From: a virus
Lineage: Duplodnaviria; Heunggongvirae; Uroviricota; Caudoviricetes
Length of the DNA: 30,712 nt
IMG/VR virus record: IMGVR_UViG_2872698443_000006
Strand: one strand, 5' to 3'
Shown here: positions 8,801 through 18,135 of the stretch, piece by piece
Layout of the letters: every line of letters begins with the position of its first letter
Position numbering within the stretch: the stretch's first letter is position 1
The notes under the pieces: generated by a model
Told to the model about the DNA's origin: nothing
The model's database searches: none
Seen by the model: only the letters and a program-made list of their open reading frames with translations
Program-made: the position numbers and the translations under genes

Positions 8801-10231
8801 TTAAAATCCTATCGCTAGCCAGGTGGTGGCGTTATTATCGGGAAGGAGCACTCTGTCTGATGTGTTGCTTAACACGCAAATCTGTGTGGCATTAAATCCG
8901 ACATTCGTTATAGCATTAGCTGTCCACACTGATGTCGTTTGTCCGCCGCCCGGCGAAGACTCGCCGACAAACAGTGGTGGTCTTGTGAAAGCCACCGGGA
9001 ATTTTACGTAGATATCCGTTGATGTAACCTCTGACATCCCCCACTGTATAATCATGCCGGACGGTAACTTCTGATATCCATTAGTTGACGGTGAACTACC
9101 AAAATCAGCAGGTAGCCCGCGCACCAAATCGGCATCAAGCCCTGACCCGGAACCATCAACCTGAAGCAGTTTTGTCAGTATTGCCTGCGCCGTTACCTGT
9201 TCTTCAAGAGCAAGACTTCCTCCTTTGTTTTGCAGATATACGTATTTTGCGGCACCGTCGACTTTAAAAGCGATAGCAAATTGTTTCTTCTGTTCATCAT
9301 ATGCCAGCCAAAGACTATCCTCTGGCCTGCCAGACTCAAACACGAAAGTCGAGAATCTGTTATCTGTCTTATCTCTCTTCAGGTTCAGTAATTCCGGTAA
9401 ACCAAGGTATGCGAGAAGACCGGCAACATCCTTTCCACTCAAATGAGTCAGCGTCTCATCCAGTGGCTGCTTACCTGACAGCGCATTGTTAATGGTGGTG
9501 CTGAATTTCGGGTCATTGTTAATGGCCGCGGCAATTTCTTTCAGTGTGTCCAGTGTGGCTGGCGCACCGTTAATCAGAGCGGTAATAGCGGCCTGAACAA
9601 ACTCAGTGGTCGCAATCCGCGTGGTGTTATTTCCTGCGGCAGGCGTCGGCGCTTTTGGTTCTCCGGTAAATGTCGGATTATGTTTCTGTGCATACTGGGT
9701 ATGAGGATCCTGTGCGGCAATGTGGTTTCTCATCTGGTCATCCACATACAGCCTTAATTCCAGGACTTCATCATCCACGTATTTACGGGTCGCCAGTACC
9801 ACCGACGGGTCGATTTTCAGCGTAATAGCTTCGGTATTCGTGACAACCAGAATCATGCGGATAGTCTGGGTACGACCACTGCCTTCCTGCAACTGCGGTT
9901 TGTACGTTTCCGGGCAGTTTGCCACCGCAATGAGTACGCCTTCATCATCATAAAGCCCAATCTCACGGATCCAGAATCCGCCCTCGTTCTCAGGGATGAT
10001 TTGCTCCGCAATAATCTGGCTCTGGTTATTCGGGTCAACACTCAGAAGATTCAGCGGTGCAATGCGTTTCTGGTTAATCAGTTTTGTCTGTGCCGGGTCT
10101 GGTGTCGGCAAGACACCATTCGCATCACCAACGGCCATTTGCGTCAGATTCAGCTTACTGCCGAGCATCGTCGCGTTAGCCAGCCGTGCTGCGCCCTGAT
10201 TAGTCAGAATGGCGTAGTATTTCACTGTCAT
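8801..10231 (-). CDS. H: Tail fibre protein H (constant N-terminal part plus currently expressed variable C-terminal part)
   Basis: 476 aa, MTVKYYAILTNQGAARLANA... typical P2 H N-terminus; crossover site at codons for LAYLGLPEL. Confidence 0.9.
   Translation of the reverse strand: MTVKYYAILTNQGAARLANATMLGSKLNLTQMAVGDANGVLPTPDPAQTKLINQKRIAPLNLLSVDPNNQSQIIAEQIIPENEGGFWIREIGLYDDEGVLIAVANCPETYKPQLQEGSGRTQTIRMILVVTNTEAITLKIDPSVVLATRKYVDDEVLELRLYVDDQMRNHIAAQDPHTQYAQKHNPTFTGEPKAPTPAAGNNTTRIATTEFVQAAITALINGAPATLDTLKEIAAAINNDPKFSTTINNALSGKQPLDETLTHLSGKDVAGLLAYLGLPELLNLKRDKTDNRFSTFVFESGRPEDSLWLAYDEQKKQFAIAFKVDGAAKYVYLQNKGGSLALEEQVTAQAILTKLLQVDGSGSGLDADLVRGLPADFGSSPSTNGYQKLPSGMIIQWGMSEVTSTDIYVKFPVAFTRPPLFVGESSPGGGQTTSVWTANAITNVGFNATQICVLSNTSDRVLLPDNNATTWLAIGF
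9392..9417. repeat. Invertase crossover site, left (26 bp, hix/gix-like), core AA at 9404-9405
   Basis: TTCCGGTAAACC AA GGTATGCGAGAA inside gene H; very close to my recollection of Mu gixL (TTCCTGTAAACCGAGGTTTTGGATAA). The core is the complement of the other site's core, i.e. the sites are in inverted orientation. Confidence 0.75.
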
Positions 10232-10839
10232 GCGTTTACTCTCAGGTTATCAATTAAATGAATGGCCGAGGCCGGGAAATAATCCCCTCCGACAATAATG
10301 GCCTCCGGGGTGTAGGGATAAACCGTCAGGGCGTCGCCGTGATAGCATCCCGCACCGGCAAAAATGTTGCCGGTTGTACTTAAACTGATAGCCAGTCCCG
10401 TCAGATGGCGGCTTGCCGGTTTTGCATCAGCAACGAGACGCTCCAGCTCCTGATACATTTCCTCGGTAATACCCTGCTCAAGCACGCCAACAACGATGCG
10501 GAACGTCCCCGGCGCCTCGTTGAGCTGCCACCACTCCCTCACCTCAATCAGATAGCCGAGCTGCTCCACCACACGGCGAATCGCACCAATAGTGCCCTTA
10601 TGGCAGTGAATGAAATACGCATCGCGGATAACAGCGCGTTTTGTCGCTTCCGGCCACTTATCATCCCAGCGGTCAACCGAAAATGACCACGCCAGCCACG
10701 GCAGCAGATTTGCCGGGCAGGTGTCCGGGTTCCACAGCTCACGAATACTGACCGGCGTTTTTTCAATTTCCGCACAGGCTTTTGCGGCGGCAACTTCAAG
10801 CGGTGATGAGCCGGTCGGCAGCAGGCGCGAATCACTCAT
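10228..10839 (-). CDS. I: Baseplate assembly protein I
   Basis: 203 aa; ATG 10837-10839 preceded by GGAGG; overlaps J stop and H start (ATGA coupling). Confidence 0.8.
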   Translation of the reverse strand: MSDSRLLPTGSSPLEVAAAKACAEIEKTPVSIRELWNPDTCPANLLPWLAWSFSVDRWDDKWPEATKRAVIRDAYFIHCHKGTIGAIRRVVEQLGYLIEVREWWQLNEAPGTFRIVVGVLEQGITEEMYQELERLVADAKPASRHLTGLAISLSTTGNIFAGAGCYHGDALTVYPYTPEAIIVGGDYFPASAIHLIDNLRVNA

Positions 10840-11740
10840 CCGAGCCTCCGGTCACGACGCTGTATTCGGTGCAGAAAGACGCCTGCGTACTGTTGAGCAC
10901 AATGTCAGCCAGAGGTGCAGTCAGTTCGACACGCTGCACGCCTTCCACATGCAAAGCGGCATAAATGGCAGACAGACGGATGTCGCGCCCAAGCCGGTGC
11001 TGTGCCGTGATGTACGCTTCCAGTTTTTTCACGGCAGCAGCGCGGATGGGTTCGCTTTCAGGACCTGGGTAAAGGTAAAGCGTGGCATTTATCTGATATT
11101 CAACAATGGCGGCAGACTGCACGGTCACGCGGTCGGCCACCGGCCTGACGTCCTCGCCATTAAGGGCGTTACGCACCACGGCCAGCAGGTCTTCGGATGC
11201 GACGCCGTTATTTTCACGTGACAGCACGGAGATAGTGACGCAGGCCGGAGACGGACTGGTGACAGAGATATCCGCGACACGCCCGTCAGCACTGCGACCA
11301 TGATACTGATAGGCTCCCACCGACCCGGCGACGCTTAAGCCCTCAAACGCCTGCTGAATACGCAGACGATAATCGGTGTCAGATTCCATCACTGCCGGTG
11401 TCGGCGGGATAGTCGAATCATCTGCCGGGGTGATAATCAGGCGCGTGGTGTTGTAATTGGCACCAATCACATCAAGGTCATTACCGGCGGCACAGGCCAG
11501 CATCACCGCCCGTGCGGCCTCATTCACACGCTGACGCCAGATAAGCTCACGATAAGCATTTTCCTCCAGAAGTTTGACGAGAGGCTCGGATTCCAGCGTC
11601 AGGGTACGGGCGACCGCCTCCTGCTGGTCTTCCGGGTAAAGGGAAATCAGTGTCGCCTTGCGTTCAGCGAGAATGGTTTCAAAGTCCAGCTCCTCGACCA
11701 CATCCGGTGCGGGTAGCTTGTTCAGGTCGATAATCGGCAT
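10832..11740 (-). CDS. J: Baseplate protein J (gp6-like)
   Basis: 302 aa, same length as P2 gpJ as I recall; position between W and I. Confidence 0.85.
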   Translation of the reverse strand: MPIIDLNKLPAPDVVEELDFETILAERKATLISLYPEDQQEAVARTLTLESEPLVKLLEENAYRELIWRQRVNEAARAVMLACAAGNDLDVIGANYNTTRLIITPADDSTIPPTPAVMESDTDYRLRIQQAFEGLSVAGSVGAYQYHGRSADGRVADISVTSPSPACVTISVLSRENNGVASEDLLAVVRNALNGEDVRPVADRVTVQSAAIVEYQINATLYLYPGPESEPIRAAAVKKLEAYITAQHRLGRDIRLSAIYAALHVEGVQRVELTAPLADIVLNSTQASFCTEYSVVTGGSDE

Positions 11741-11744
11741 GGTT

Positions 11745-12092
11745 TCAACTCACAGGGATGGTTAACGAAAGTGGCTGGCCGGTGTCGTTGTGCTGACCGG
11801 TTAACGTGACCGTCATTCGCCCGTCAAAACTGCGCGCCGTGGTGACGGATGACAGGGTGACGCGGGGTTCCCATTTCAGCACCGCCATGTAACAGGCGAC
11901 CTTAATCTGCAACTCAAGCGCCGGAGTCTGCGGCTGGTCAATCATTGACGCCAGCAACGAGCCGTAATCACGACGCATCACCCGTGAGCCGACCGGTGTG
12001 CGCAGGATATCGCCGATACTCTGGCTGATATGCTCAGGGTCAGTGACAGTCAGGCCATCACTGCGATTCATTCCGAGATAACGTGCTGTCAT
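11745..12092 (-). CDS. W: Baseplate protein W (gp25-like)
   Basis: 115 aa MTARYLGMNRSDGLTVTDPEHISQSIGDILRTPVGSRVMRRDYGS..., gp25/lysozyme-like baseplate wedge pattern. Confidence 0.85.
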   Translation of the reverse strand: MTARYLGMNRSDGLTVTDPEHISQSIGDILRTPVGSRVMRRDYGSLLASMIDQPQTPALELQIKVACYMAVLKWEPRVTLSSVTTARSFDGRMTVTLTGQHNDTGQPLSLTIPVS

Positions 12093-12724
12093 AGAGGACT
12101 CCCGGTTGTGCCGCCGCTGTCTCCTGGGTGTTTATGGGTATGCAGTACCTTACCGTTTGATGAGAGTTCACCACCGGTATGTTCAATGTTGCCGTGCATC
12201 GTTCCGCCCTTCTGCACTTCCAGCGTGCCGGTAGTCAGTTTGTTAGTGCAGACCACTTCCGGTGTGTCCAGGGTGACACGGGTTGACGCTTTCACCGTGA
12301 CCACCGGCACCGTGGCGGTAACAGAATCAGAAGCCGTCACGCTGGCCGTTTTAATTCCGCTTACCGTCAGTGCACTGGTTTCAGGTTCATACTCAATCAC
12401 CGCCCCGTCAGGGAAACGGATATGCAGGGCATCCGCCGACGCAGACGGCGGAGGGTTATCGCCGGAATAAATCCCCGGAAGAACGAACGCCGTGTCGAGT
12501 TCACCGCCCACGGCCAGAATCAGCACCTGCTCCCCCACGGAAGGTGCCCACCATGTGCGCGAACGTCCGGCGCGATGGGTCAGCCACTGAAGCCAGTCGG
12601 TGCACATGCCGCCGGTCTGCACACGGCAGCGACCGGCGTTAAGGTCGGTTTCGACGATAATGCCGGTGCGAATCATGTTGCGCAGTGCGCGCGCGAGTTC
12701 CTGAATATTTGCGAGAGTGTTCAT
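12089..12724 (-). CDS. V: Baseplate spike / assembly protein V
   Basis: 211 aa; ATGA overlap with W; position matches P2. Confidence 0.85.
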   Translation of the reverse strand: MNTLANIQELARALRNMIRTGIIVETDLNAGRCRVQTGGMCTDWLQWLTHRAGRSRTWWAPSVGEQVLILAVGGELDTAFVLPGIYSGDNPPPSASADALHIRFPDGAVIEYEPETSALTVSGIKTASVTASDSVTATVPVVTVKASTRVTLDTPEVVCTNKLTTGTLEVQKGGTMHGNIEHTGGELSSNGKVLHTHKHPGDSGGTTGSPL

Positions 12725-12790
12725 AACGGGAAGGATGCCGCCGGGTCATACCGGCGGCAATGTGACGATGAGGTGTCAGGAATGGCACAA

Positions 12791-13243
12791 CTAACGGTCG
12801 AGGTGAGCCAGAATAATCTCTTCAATCATCTGCACATCCTCACCGGTAAAGCCGAGCAGAGGACGCGCCGGATAATCAATTTTCTTACCGTCTTTCCGGT
12901 TTTCTTCCGACAGACCGAACTGATGCACGCTGGCGATTTTCGGTGACTTCCCGCCGTAAAACTCCATTGATGCCTGTTCCGGGCTGGCGCGGATATGCAA
13001 AAAACGACTGGTGATAAGTTTCGCAAACATTTTTCGCTTAACACGACCGGTCTTTTTTCTGGCGCTCTGCTGCTGGCGTGGCGCGTAGGGTGTGCCGTCC
13101 GGGGCTTTCTGTGCCATCACCCGACGCTGCTGACTCTGACGCAGACGTTTCGCCAGTTCGGCACTCAGTCGTCGACGCCCTGACGGTGACAGCGACTCAA
13201 TCAGTCCGGTCAGCCGGTCTTCAAAACGCTTAAACTCATTCAT
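12791..13243 (-). CDS. S: Tail completion protein S
   Basis: 150 aa MNEFKRFEDRLTGLIESLSPSGRRRL...; overlaps R stop. Confidence 0.8.
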   Translation of the reverse strand: MNEFKRFEDRLTGLIESLSPSGRRRLSAELAKRLRQSQQRRVMAQKAPDGTPYAPRQQQSARKKTGRVKRKMFAKLITSRFLHIRASPEQASMEFYGGKSPKIASVHQFGLSEENRKDGKKIDYPARPLLGFTGEDVQMIEEIILAHLDR

Positions 13244-13703
13244 CCCACTTGCTCACCAGTTCGCCATTGATATACAGCTCCATCGGGCGGGTGACCGGCT
13301 CCGGCGGCGGGGGTTCCGGGATATTCTTCACATGCAGCGCGCCGTCCACCTCACTGACCAGCGTGCGCTCGGTCAGCATCAGGCTGATGCTGATATCAAA
13401 GCTGCTGTCATTGTTGATGTCCGCATAAAACGTGAAGCCCTTTTTCTGGCCTGCGTCGGTGGTCATGATGTCGGGCTGATTTTCCCGCAGCCACGCCAGC
13501 ACCGGCACGATGAGCAGGTCAAAATCACCGGTAAAGTCGGTCACAATCACATTGAGCGTGTAACGCTTTTCGAATGACAACGACGTCGCCAGCGTGGAGG
13601 CAATACTCCCGTTATCAACGAATATCCGCAGCATCTCGGGACTGGTTTTCAGCACCGTGACGGCATCAGTCAGCGCCCTGCGCAGGCTGTCGGGTTTGAG
13701 CAT
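13236..13703 (-). CDS. R: Tail completion protein R
   Basis: 155 aa MLKPDSLRRALTDAVTVLKTSPEMLRIFVDNGS... Confidence 0.8.
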   Translation of the reverse strand: MLKPDSLRRALTDAVTVLKTSPEMLRIFVDNGSIASTLATSLSFEKRYTLNVIVTDFTGDFDLLIVPVLAWLRENQPDIMTTDAGQKKGFTFYADINNDSSFDISISLMLTERTLVSEVDGALHVKNIPEPPPPEPVTRPMELYINGELVSKWDE

Positions 13704-13956
13704 CGTTTTCGTCCTGACAGTGTTTAATCATTTTTACCTGGCTGGCACAGCGTGCCAGCGCGTTCTCAAGCTGCCGGATATCGGCACTTAAATCGCCGTT
13801 CTTCTGCGGGTCACTGCCCGGCATCGGGCAAAGGCTCACTTTCGGGCAGGCGTTGTGGACAATCACTGGCGTCAGTGCAGGCGGGGCGCTGGTGCAACCG
13901 GCGCACAGCATCAGGCAGGTCAGCACCATACCAGCGGCGAAAATCTTCGTTTTCAT
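13666..13956 (-). CDS. lysC: LysC, Rz1-like outer-membrane spanin lipoprotein, nested in a different frame within lysB
   Basis: Internal ATG at 13954-13956 gives MKTKIFAAGMVLTCLMLCAGC...: signal peptide with lipobox LCAGC; embedded in the 3' part of lysB and running into R, as in P2. Confidence 0.65.
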   Translation of the reverse strand: MKTKIFAAGMVLTCLMLCAGCTSAPPALTPVIVHNACPKVSLCPMPGSDPQKNGDLSADIRQLENALARCASQVKMIKHCQDENDAQTRQPAQGAD

Positions 13957-14236
13957 TAAGTAACCTCGTGATGGTTTTCTCGCGCTGTGCTTCACGCTTC
14001 GCGGCGTTTTCCAGTTCCTGACGCAGTGCCACCTGCGCCAGCTCGTTTTTGTCTGCCCTGGTGAGGGCAACATGAAGCTGATTTTTCAGCATGGTGATGG
14101 TCACCTGCTGTTCACTGGCGACGTTGTTCGCCCTGTCCAGCGAGGCGCGCAGGCTGGCGTTTTCATGCTTCACCAGAAACAGCCCCGCCACCGCCAGCGA
14201 TAACAACACAACCAGCACAATCATCAGCCTTGACAT
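13811..14236 (-). CDS. lysB: LysB, Rz-like inner-membrane spanin
   Basis: 141 aa from ATG 14234-14236 (the ORF-track start is a TTG five codons upstream): MSRLMIVLVVLLSLAVAGLFLV... N-terminal TM then coiled-coil region. Confidence 0.8.
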   Translation of the reverse strand: MSRLMIVLVVLLSLAVAGLFLVKHENASLRASLDRANNVASEQQVTITMLKNQLHVALTRADKNELAQVALRQELENAAKREAQREKTITRLLNENEDFRRWYGADLPDAVRRLHQRPACTDASDCPQRLPESEPLPDAGQ

Positions 14237-14648
14237 GGTTCCCGCCCCCAAGACGCTGACGGCAGGCCGTACGTATCAGCCGGAAAAACAGCGACGCCAC
14301 AAGATAAATCAGCGCAGTAAAAATCCACCCGGCAGCGACCAGCGAGATAAACGTCGCCACCATCACTACCAGAGCCACTGACCGCCTGCGCCACGGCACC
14401 GGCTGCAAAAACAGCGCCGTGACAATCTTCACGGCCAGCGATTCCGGCGGCAGCTCCCGCCCGTAGCGTTCCAGCACATACTCAGTGGCATACACGCCGA
14501 CACCACCGGCAACCACACAGATAACCGTCACCAGAATCGCCCAGGCGGCGACAAAATTGACGTCCACGCTCTGCGGGTAAATCAGGGACAGTGCCAGCAT
14601 CAGCGCCAGCGACACGTTCAGCATCAGTGAAAGGGATAATTTCTTCAT
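14163..14648 (-). CDS. lysA: LysA-like membrane protein (lysis timing)
   Basis: 161 aa with four hydrophobic helices; sits between K and lysB as in P2. Confidence 0.7.
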   Translation of the reverse strand: MKKLSLSLMLNVSLALMLALSLIYPQSVDVNFVAAWAILVTVICVVAGGVGVYATEYVLERYGRELPPESLAVKIVTALFLQPVPWRRRSVALVVMVATFISLVAAGWIFTALIYLVASLFFRLIRTACRQRLGGGNHVKADDCAGCVVIAGGGGAVSGEA

Positions 14649-14662
14649 GGTATTTACTCCGT

Positions 14663-15160
14663 TTAAGCCGGTACGCCGCCGGCGGTACGCCAGACGGTGA
14701 CCAGTTTTTCCAGTGAATGCTCACGCTGACCGTAACCGGCACCCGGCAGGGACGCCCAGATATTGCGACAGCGTGAAATGGCGCGCTCAATGCGTCCCGC
14801 CCTGATGTCATCCAGCGCCCCGCGTTCGCGGATCAACTGAATGGCGAGTCTGTCCTGTGACAACGGACTGAAATCCGGCAGGGCAAGCTGTTTGCGGTAA
14901 TGCGGCCAGAACAGGTAAAGCTGCTGATAGCGACCGGAGGCCGTGGATTTTTCACCGCGACGGTTAAACACCTTCGCCGGTCGGCCATGTGCGAACGGGT
15001 GGTCACTGTAGTCGGTGAAGATTTCCGGCTTTCCATCCAGTCCGGTGACTATCACGTCATAGCCCCGGTTTTTCGTCAGCGGATGGTTTGCCGTCCCTTC
15101 GGACACGGCCAGCATGTCGAGAAAGGCGGCGATATTCTGATGCGTGTTAATAACCGGCAT
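14663..15160 (-). CDS. K: Endolysin K (lysozyme)
   Basis: 165 aa MPVINTHQNIAAFLDMLAVSEGT...: lambda R/P2 K-type lytic transglycosylase N-terminal motif (E in VSEGT). Confidence 0.9.
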   Translation of the reverse strand: MPVINTHQNIAAFLDMLAVSEGTANHPLTKNRGYDVIVTGLDGKPEIFTDYSDHPFAHGRPAKVFNRRGEKSTASGRYQQLYLFWPHYRKQLALPDFSPLSQDRLAIQLIRERGALDDIRAGRIERAISRCRNIWASLPGAGYGQREHSLEKLVTVWRTAGGVPA

Positions 15161-15441
15161 TACGGTTTCCCCCTGCCCTTAAAGCGGCGCTGAATGGCAA
15201 TCTCAATCACCTGATAACCGGCGATACCCAGCATGGAGCCGATGCCGCACACCGCAGGCAGTGACAGGTCAGGAAACTGCACCAGAACAACACCGGCAAC
15301 CATCGAGACAAAACCACCGAGCAACATGCGCCCGATAAACAGACGCGGGGTGATGGGTTCACCACCGGCAAGCACCTTGCCGACAACAATCAGCACCCCA
15401 ATCATGAAAAGCGACAGGACGCTTTTTTCTTCTGCTGTCAT
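15160..15441 (-). CDS. Y: Holin Y
   Basis: 93 aa with three hydrophobic segments and a charged C-terminus (RRFKGRGKP); its TAA overlaps the K ATG. Confidence 0.85.
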   Translation of the reverse strand: MTAEEKSVLSLFMIGVLIVVGKVLAGGEPITPRLFIGRMLLGGFVSMVAGVVLVQFPDLSLPAVCGIGSMLGIAGYQVIEIAIQRRFKGRGKP

Positions 15442-15444
15442 GCG

Positions 15445-15648
15445 TTACTCCCACAGATTGACAGTTTCAGCCACGGGCGCGGTCTGAACGTCGGGCAGTT
15501 CGACGGCGGTGCCGTGCGGCAGCACCGCGCCCAGTTCAGCCAGTCCCGGATTTGCGGCGAGCACGGTCTCAACCACGCCCTCAGTGCGCCCGTAATACCG
15601 GACACAGATGGCGTCGAGCGTGTCGCCCTGTAGCGCAAAGGTCTTCAT
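15445..15648 (-). CDS. X: Tail protein X (LysM-like)
   Basis: 67 aa from ATG 15646-15648: MKTFALQGDTLDAICVRYYGRTEGVVETVLAANPGL...; the ORF-track start (15717) is an upstream extension. Confidence 0.85.
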   Translation of the reverse strand: MKTFALQGDTLDAICVRYYGRTEGVVETVLAANPGLAELGAVLPHGTAVELPDVQTAPVAETVNLWE

Positions 15649-16157
15649 CAGATTTGACTCACGATGCAGCGCGGCTTGTCCTGGATACGCGCCACCGCCC
15701 AGCGCATATCCCGCCACAGCTCATCAATGGTGCTGTCAATGCTGTCGGCCTTCTTGTCGCCTTTCGCACTGGCATCCACGCCGCGATAACGCTCATAAAG
15801 CGATGCGGTCGCCATCGCACACACGGCGCGCTCGTAGTAAAAAACTTTGATGCTTTCACCGTCGATGTCGTCCGCCGGGACGTCCGCCAGACGCGTAAAA
15901 CCGGCAGCAATTTTCTGTTCGCGGTACTCGTACAGCTCCGCATTCGTCTCCGCCATGCCTGACTTGATGGCCTCACGCAGACGGGCGGGGGCGACGGTCT
16001 GCTCAAGGCGCATACGTTCCCGGACGCGCTTCGGGTCGATATCGGGAAAAAAGAACGTGTTTTTAATCACCGGCTCGTCGCCTGCCGGTTGCGGGATGAC
16101 CACCGTACCCTCACCGGACACGGGAGCCTCCTTTCGCGGAATAATCAGCGTCATCAT
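15648..16157 (-). CDS. L: Head completion / stabilisation protein L
   Basis: 169 aa from ATG 16155-16157 (MMTLIIPRKEAP...); stop overlaps X start. Confidence 0.8.
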   Translation of the reverse strand: MMTLIIPRKEAPVSGEGTVVIPQPAGDEPVIKNTFFFPDIDPKRVRERMRLEQTVAPARLREAIKSGMAETNAELYEYREQKIAAGFTRLADVPADDIDGESIKVFYYERAVCAMATASLYERYRGVDASAKGDKKADSIDSTIDELWRDMRWAVARIQDKPRCIVSQI

Positions 16158-16256
16158 GACTACCTCTGAAAAGTCGGGCGGTGGACGCCGGTGCAGTGTC
16201 AGGTGATTCACCCTCACTGACCGGCGTGCCGCCCTGGCGCGGGGCGCATTCGGTTG

Positions 16257-17000
16257 TTAACTGGCTTTCTTTTTCGGGCGTCCACGTTTTGCCGGTGTCA
16301 CGCTCCGGGTCTTACGCAGGGCGCGGGTGACCGCTTTTGGCTGCGGCTCCGGCTTCGGTTTCAGCTCCCGCTCCAGTCGTTCAATCTCTTTTTTGACGCC
16401 TGCCTGACAGTCGAGCTGTGTCGCACGTTGCAGGTGCGCCAGCGCCCCTGCGGCATCACCAGCGTCACGCAGAAACAGACCGGTGATTTTGTGCAGCTTT
16501 GCGCGCACTTCATCAGGCATGTCAGCCGTGGCGGTCAGTTCAAGGGTGTCCGTCAGCAGGCGGGGATCCACAGACTCACCGGCAGCGTGAGCGCGCATGG
16601 CCGCGAGTGCGACCTCCTCGGTGAACATGTACGGCGGGGTGCGGCGGTGTTTACCCGGCATGGTCAGACCGTACTTCAGGGCATAACGGGCAATCTCCAG
16701 CGCACCGGCAATATCGCCGGTATCCAGACGCCACAGCATGACCGTCATCAGAATGTCATCCTGTGCACCTTTGCCCTGCTCCAGCACGCCGTTCACCCAC
16801 GGCAACCAGAACGGCAGCAGTTCGCGTTTTTTCGCGGCCTTCAGCTCTTTTGAATAAATCGCTTTCAGTGTGCGCTGGTCTGCGGCCAGCTTGACCAGCA
16901 TCTGCTCATAGACAGTTGCATGTCGCAGCGGGGCGGCTTCCCGCTGCGCGGTCATCGCTGCCGAGACCCGCATCATGTGGCGCTGTGCGGGACTCGTCAT
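16257..17000 (-). CDS. M: Terminase endonuclease (small) subunit M
   Basis: 247 aa MTSPAQRHMMRVSAAMTAQREAAPLRHATVYEQMLVKLAADQRTLK...; basic C-terminus. Confidence 0.85.
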   Translation of the reverse strand: MTSPAQRHMMRVSAAMTAQREAAPLRHATVYEQMLVKLAADQRTLKAIYSKELKAAKKRELLPFWLPWVNGVLEQGKGAQDDILMTVMLWRLDTGDIAGALEIARYALKYGLTMPGKHRRTPPYMFTEEVALAAMRAHAAGESVDPRLLTDTLELTATADMPDEVRAKLHKITGLFLRDAGDAAGALAHLQRATQLDCQAGVKKEIERLERELKPKPEPQPKAVTRALRKTRSVTPAKRGRPKKKAS

Positions 17001-17003
17001 CGG

Positions 17004-18077
17004 TTACGCTCCCGGCTCTGCGGTCGCTTTAGCCGGTGTGGAGAAATCACCGACCTTAATTTTTTCCACCAGACAACCGGCGGCGTAGTCCTCCACCACG
17101 TAATCAATGTTCATTGACTCGTAGTTCTCCACGCGGTCGAGTTTCGGGTTTTCCTCAATCACGCGGCGATGGCTGTCATCCATGTAGTAGATGGACAGGT
17201 TTTCCAGCTTTGTGATGAGCATCGCATCCGCCGGGAAGTACGGGACGCGTACCGCCGGCAGGTTACCGATGCGTTTCTGGCTGATGATGACGTCAGCGGC
17301 CAGCATTTCGCTGTTGTCCTGCTCCTTGTTGACGATGGGAAAATACTTGTCCGCCAGTAGCTGACGTCCCACAATCACCACAAGGTCAGGGTCTTCCTGA
17401 TACCACGGCTCAATCAGGTTGTTGGTCGCATCCATCACCAGTGCGTCAAGGCTGGCATAATCACCGCCCTTACCCACGCGGATAACCTCAGAGGTGGTGT
17501 GCCCTTCCTCGTCAGTGACCTTGCTCATCACGCGCGCCGGTGCTTCATTGCGGTATTTCTGCAGCCAGCCGACCGCCACATCCTGTAGCATCGGATTACT
17601 GCTGCGGTCAGAGGTTTCGGCACGCCTCACGCCGTTAAAACCGGCCATGATTAAATCAAGGGACTGGCGTTTGATAATGGCGTTACGGACACGGAGCTGG
17701 AAATCCTGATAACGCGCCCACAGGTCAAGCGTTTTGTAGCGGATATAAAAATCGAAGTTAATCTGGTCGCATTCGTACTTGTTTGACGCCAGCTTCGAGA
17801 AGTCCTTCGGCTGACGCTCGGTGCCACCGGCGGTGTCGGTGGTGCTGGCGATGGAGCCGGTGACACCGATACCAATTTTTTCCCCTTTCATTTCGCTGAC
17901 CGGCACAATATTGATGCGGGTCAGAAAGTCAGAGGACTCCTGCATGGTGTTCATCAGGGTCTGGGTGACCGACGGTTCAACGGTGAATTTTTTCGACACA
18001 TCACCGGCGTCGATGCCGTTCAGTTCGGCAACACGGGACAGGTAGGCATTAAATTTAAAGCGGGTTTCCTGGCGCAT
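17004..18077 (-). CDS. N: Major capsid protein N
   Basis: 357 aa MRQETRFKFNAYLSRVAELNGIDAGDVSKKFTVEPSVTQTLMN... Confidence 0.9.
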   Translation of the reverse strand: MRQETRFKFNAYLSRVAELNGIDAGDVSKKFTVEPSVTQTLMNTMQESSDFLTRINIVPVSEMKGEKIGIGVTGSIASTTDTAGGTERQPKDFSKLASNKYECDQINFDFYIRYKTLDLWARYQDFQLRVRNAIIKRQSLDLIMAGFNGVRRAETSDRSSNPMLQDVAVGWLQKYRNEAPARVMSKVTDEEGHTTSEVIRVGKGGDYASLDALVMDATNNLIEPWYQEDPDLVVIVGRQLLADKYFPIVNKEQDNSEMLAADVIISQKRIGNLPAVRVPYFPADAMLITKLENLSIYYMDDSHRRVIEENPKLDRVENYESMNIDYVVEDYAAGCLVEKIKVGDFSTPAKATAEPGA

Positions 18078-18135
18078 AGTTTTTCCTGAAATTAAGGGTT
18101 AATCGTGAAGGTTTTCCCGGACTGACTGACGCCGG

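Larger units (their letters stand above)
7325..9404. other. Invertible tail-fibre host-range segment (about 2.1 kb) between the two crossover sites
   Basis: Contains H variable C-terminus plus tfa on the - strand and an alternative fibre C-terminus plus alternative tfa on the + strand, arranged head-to-head like the Mu G and P1 C segments. Confidence 0.7.
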
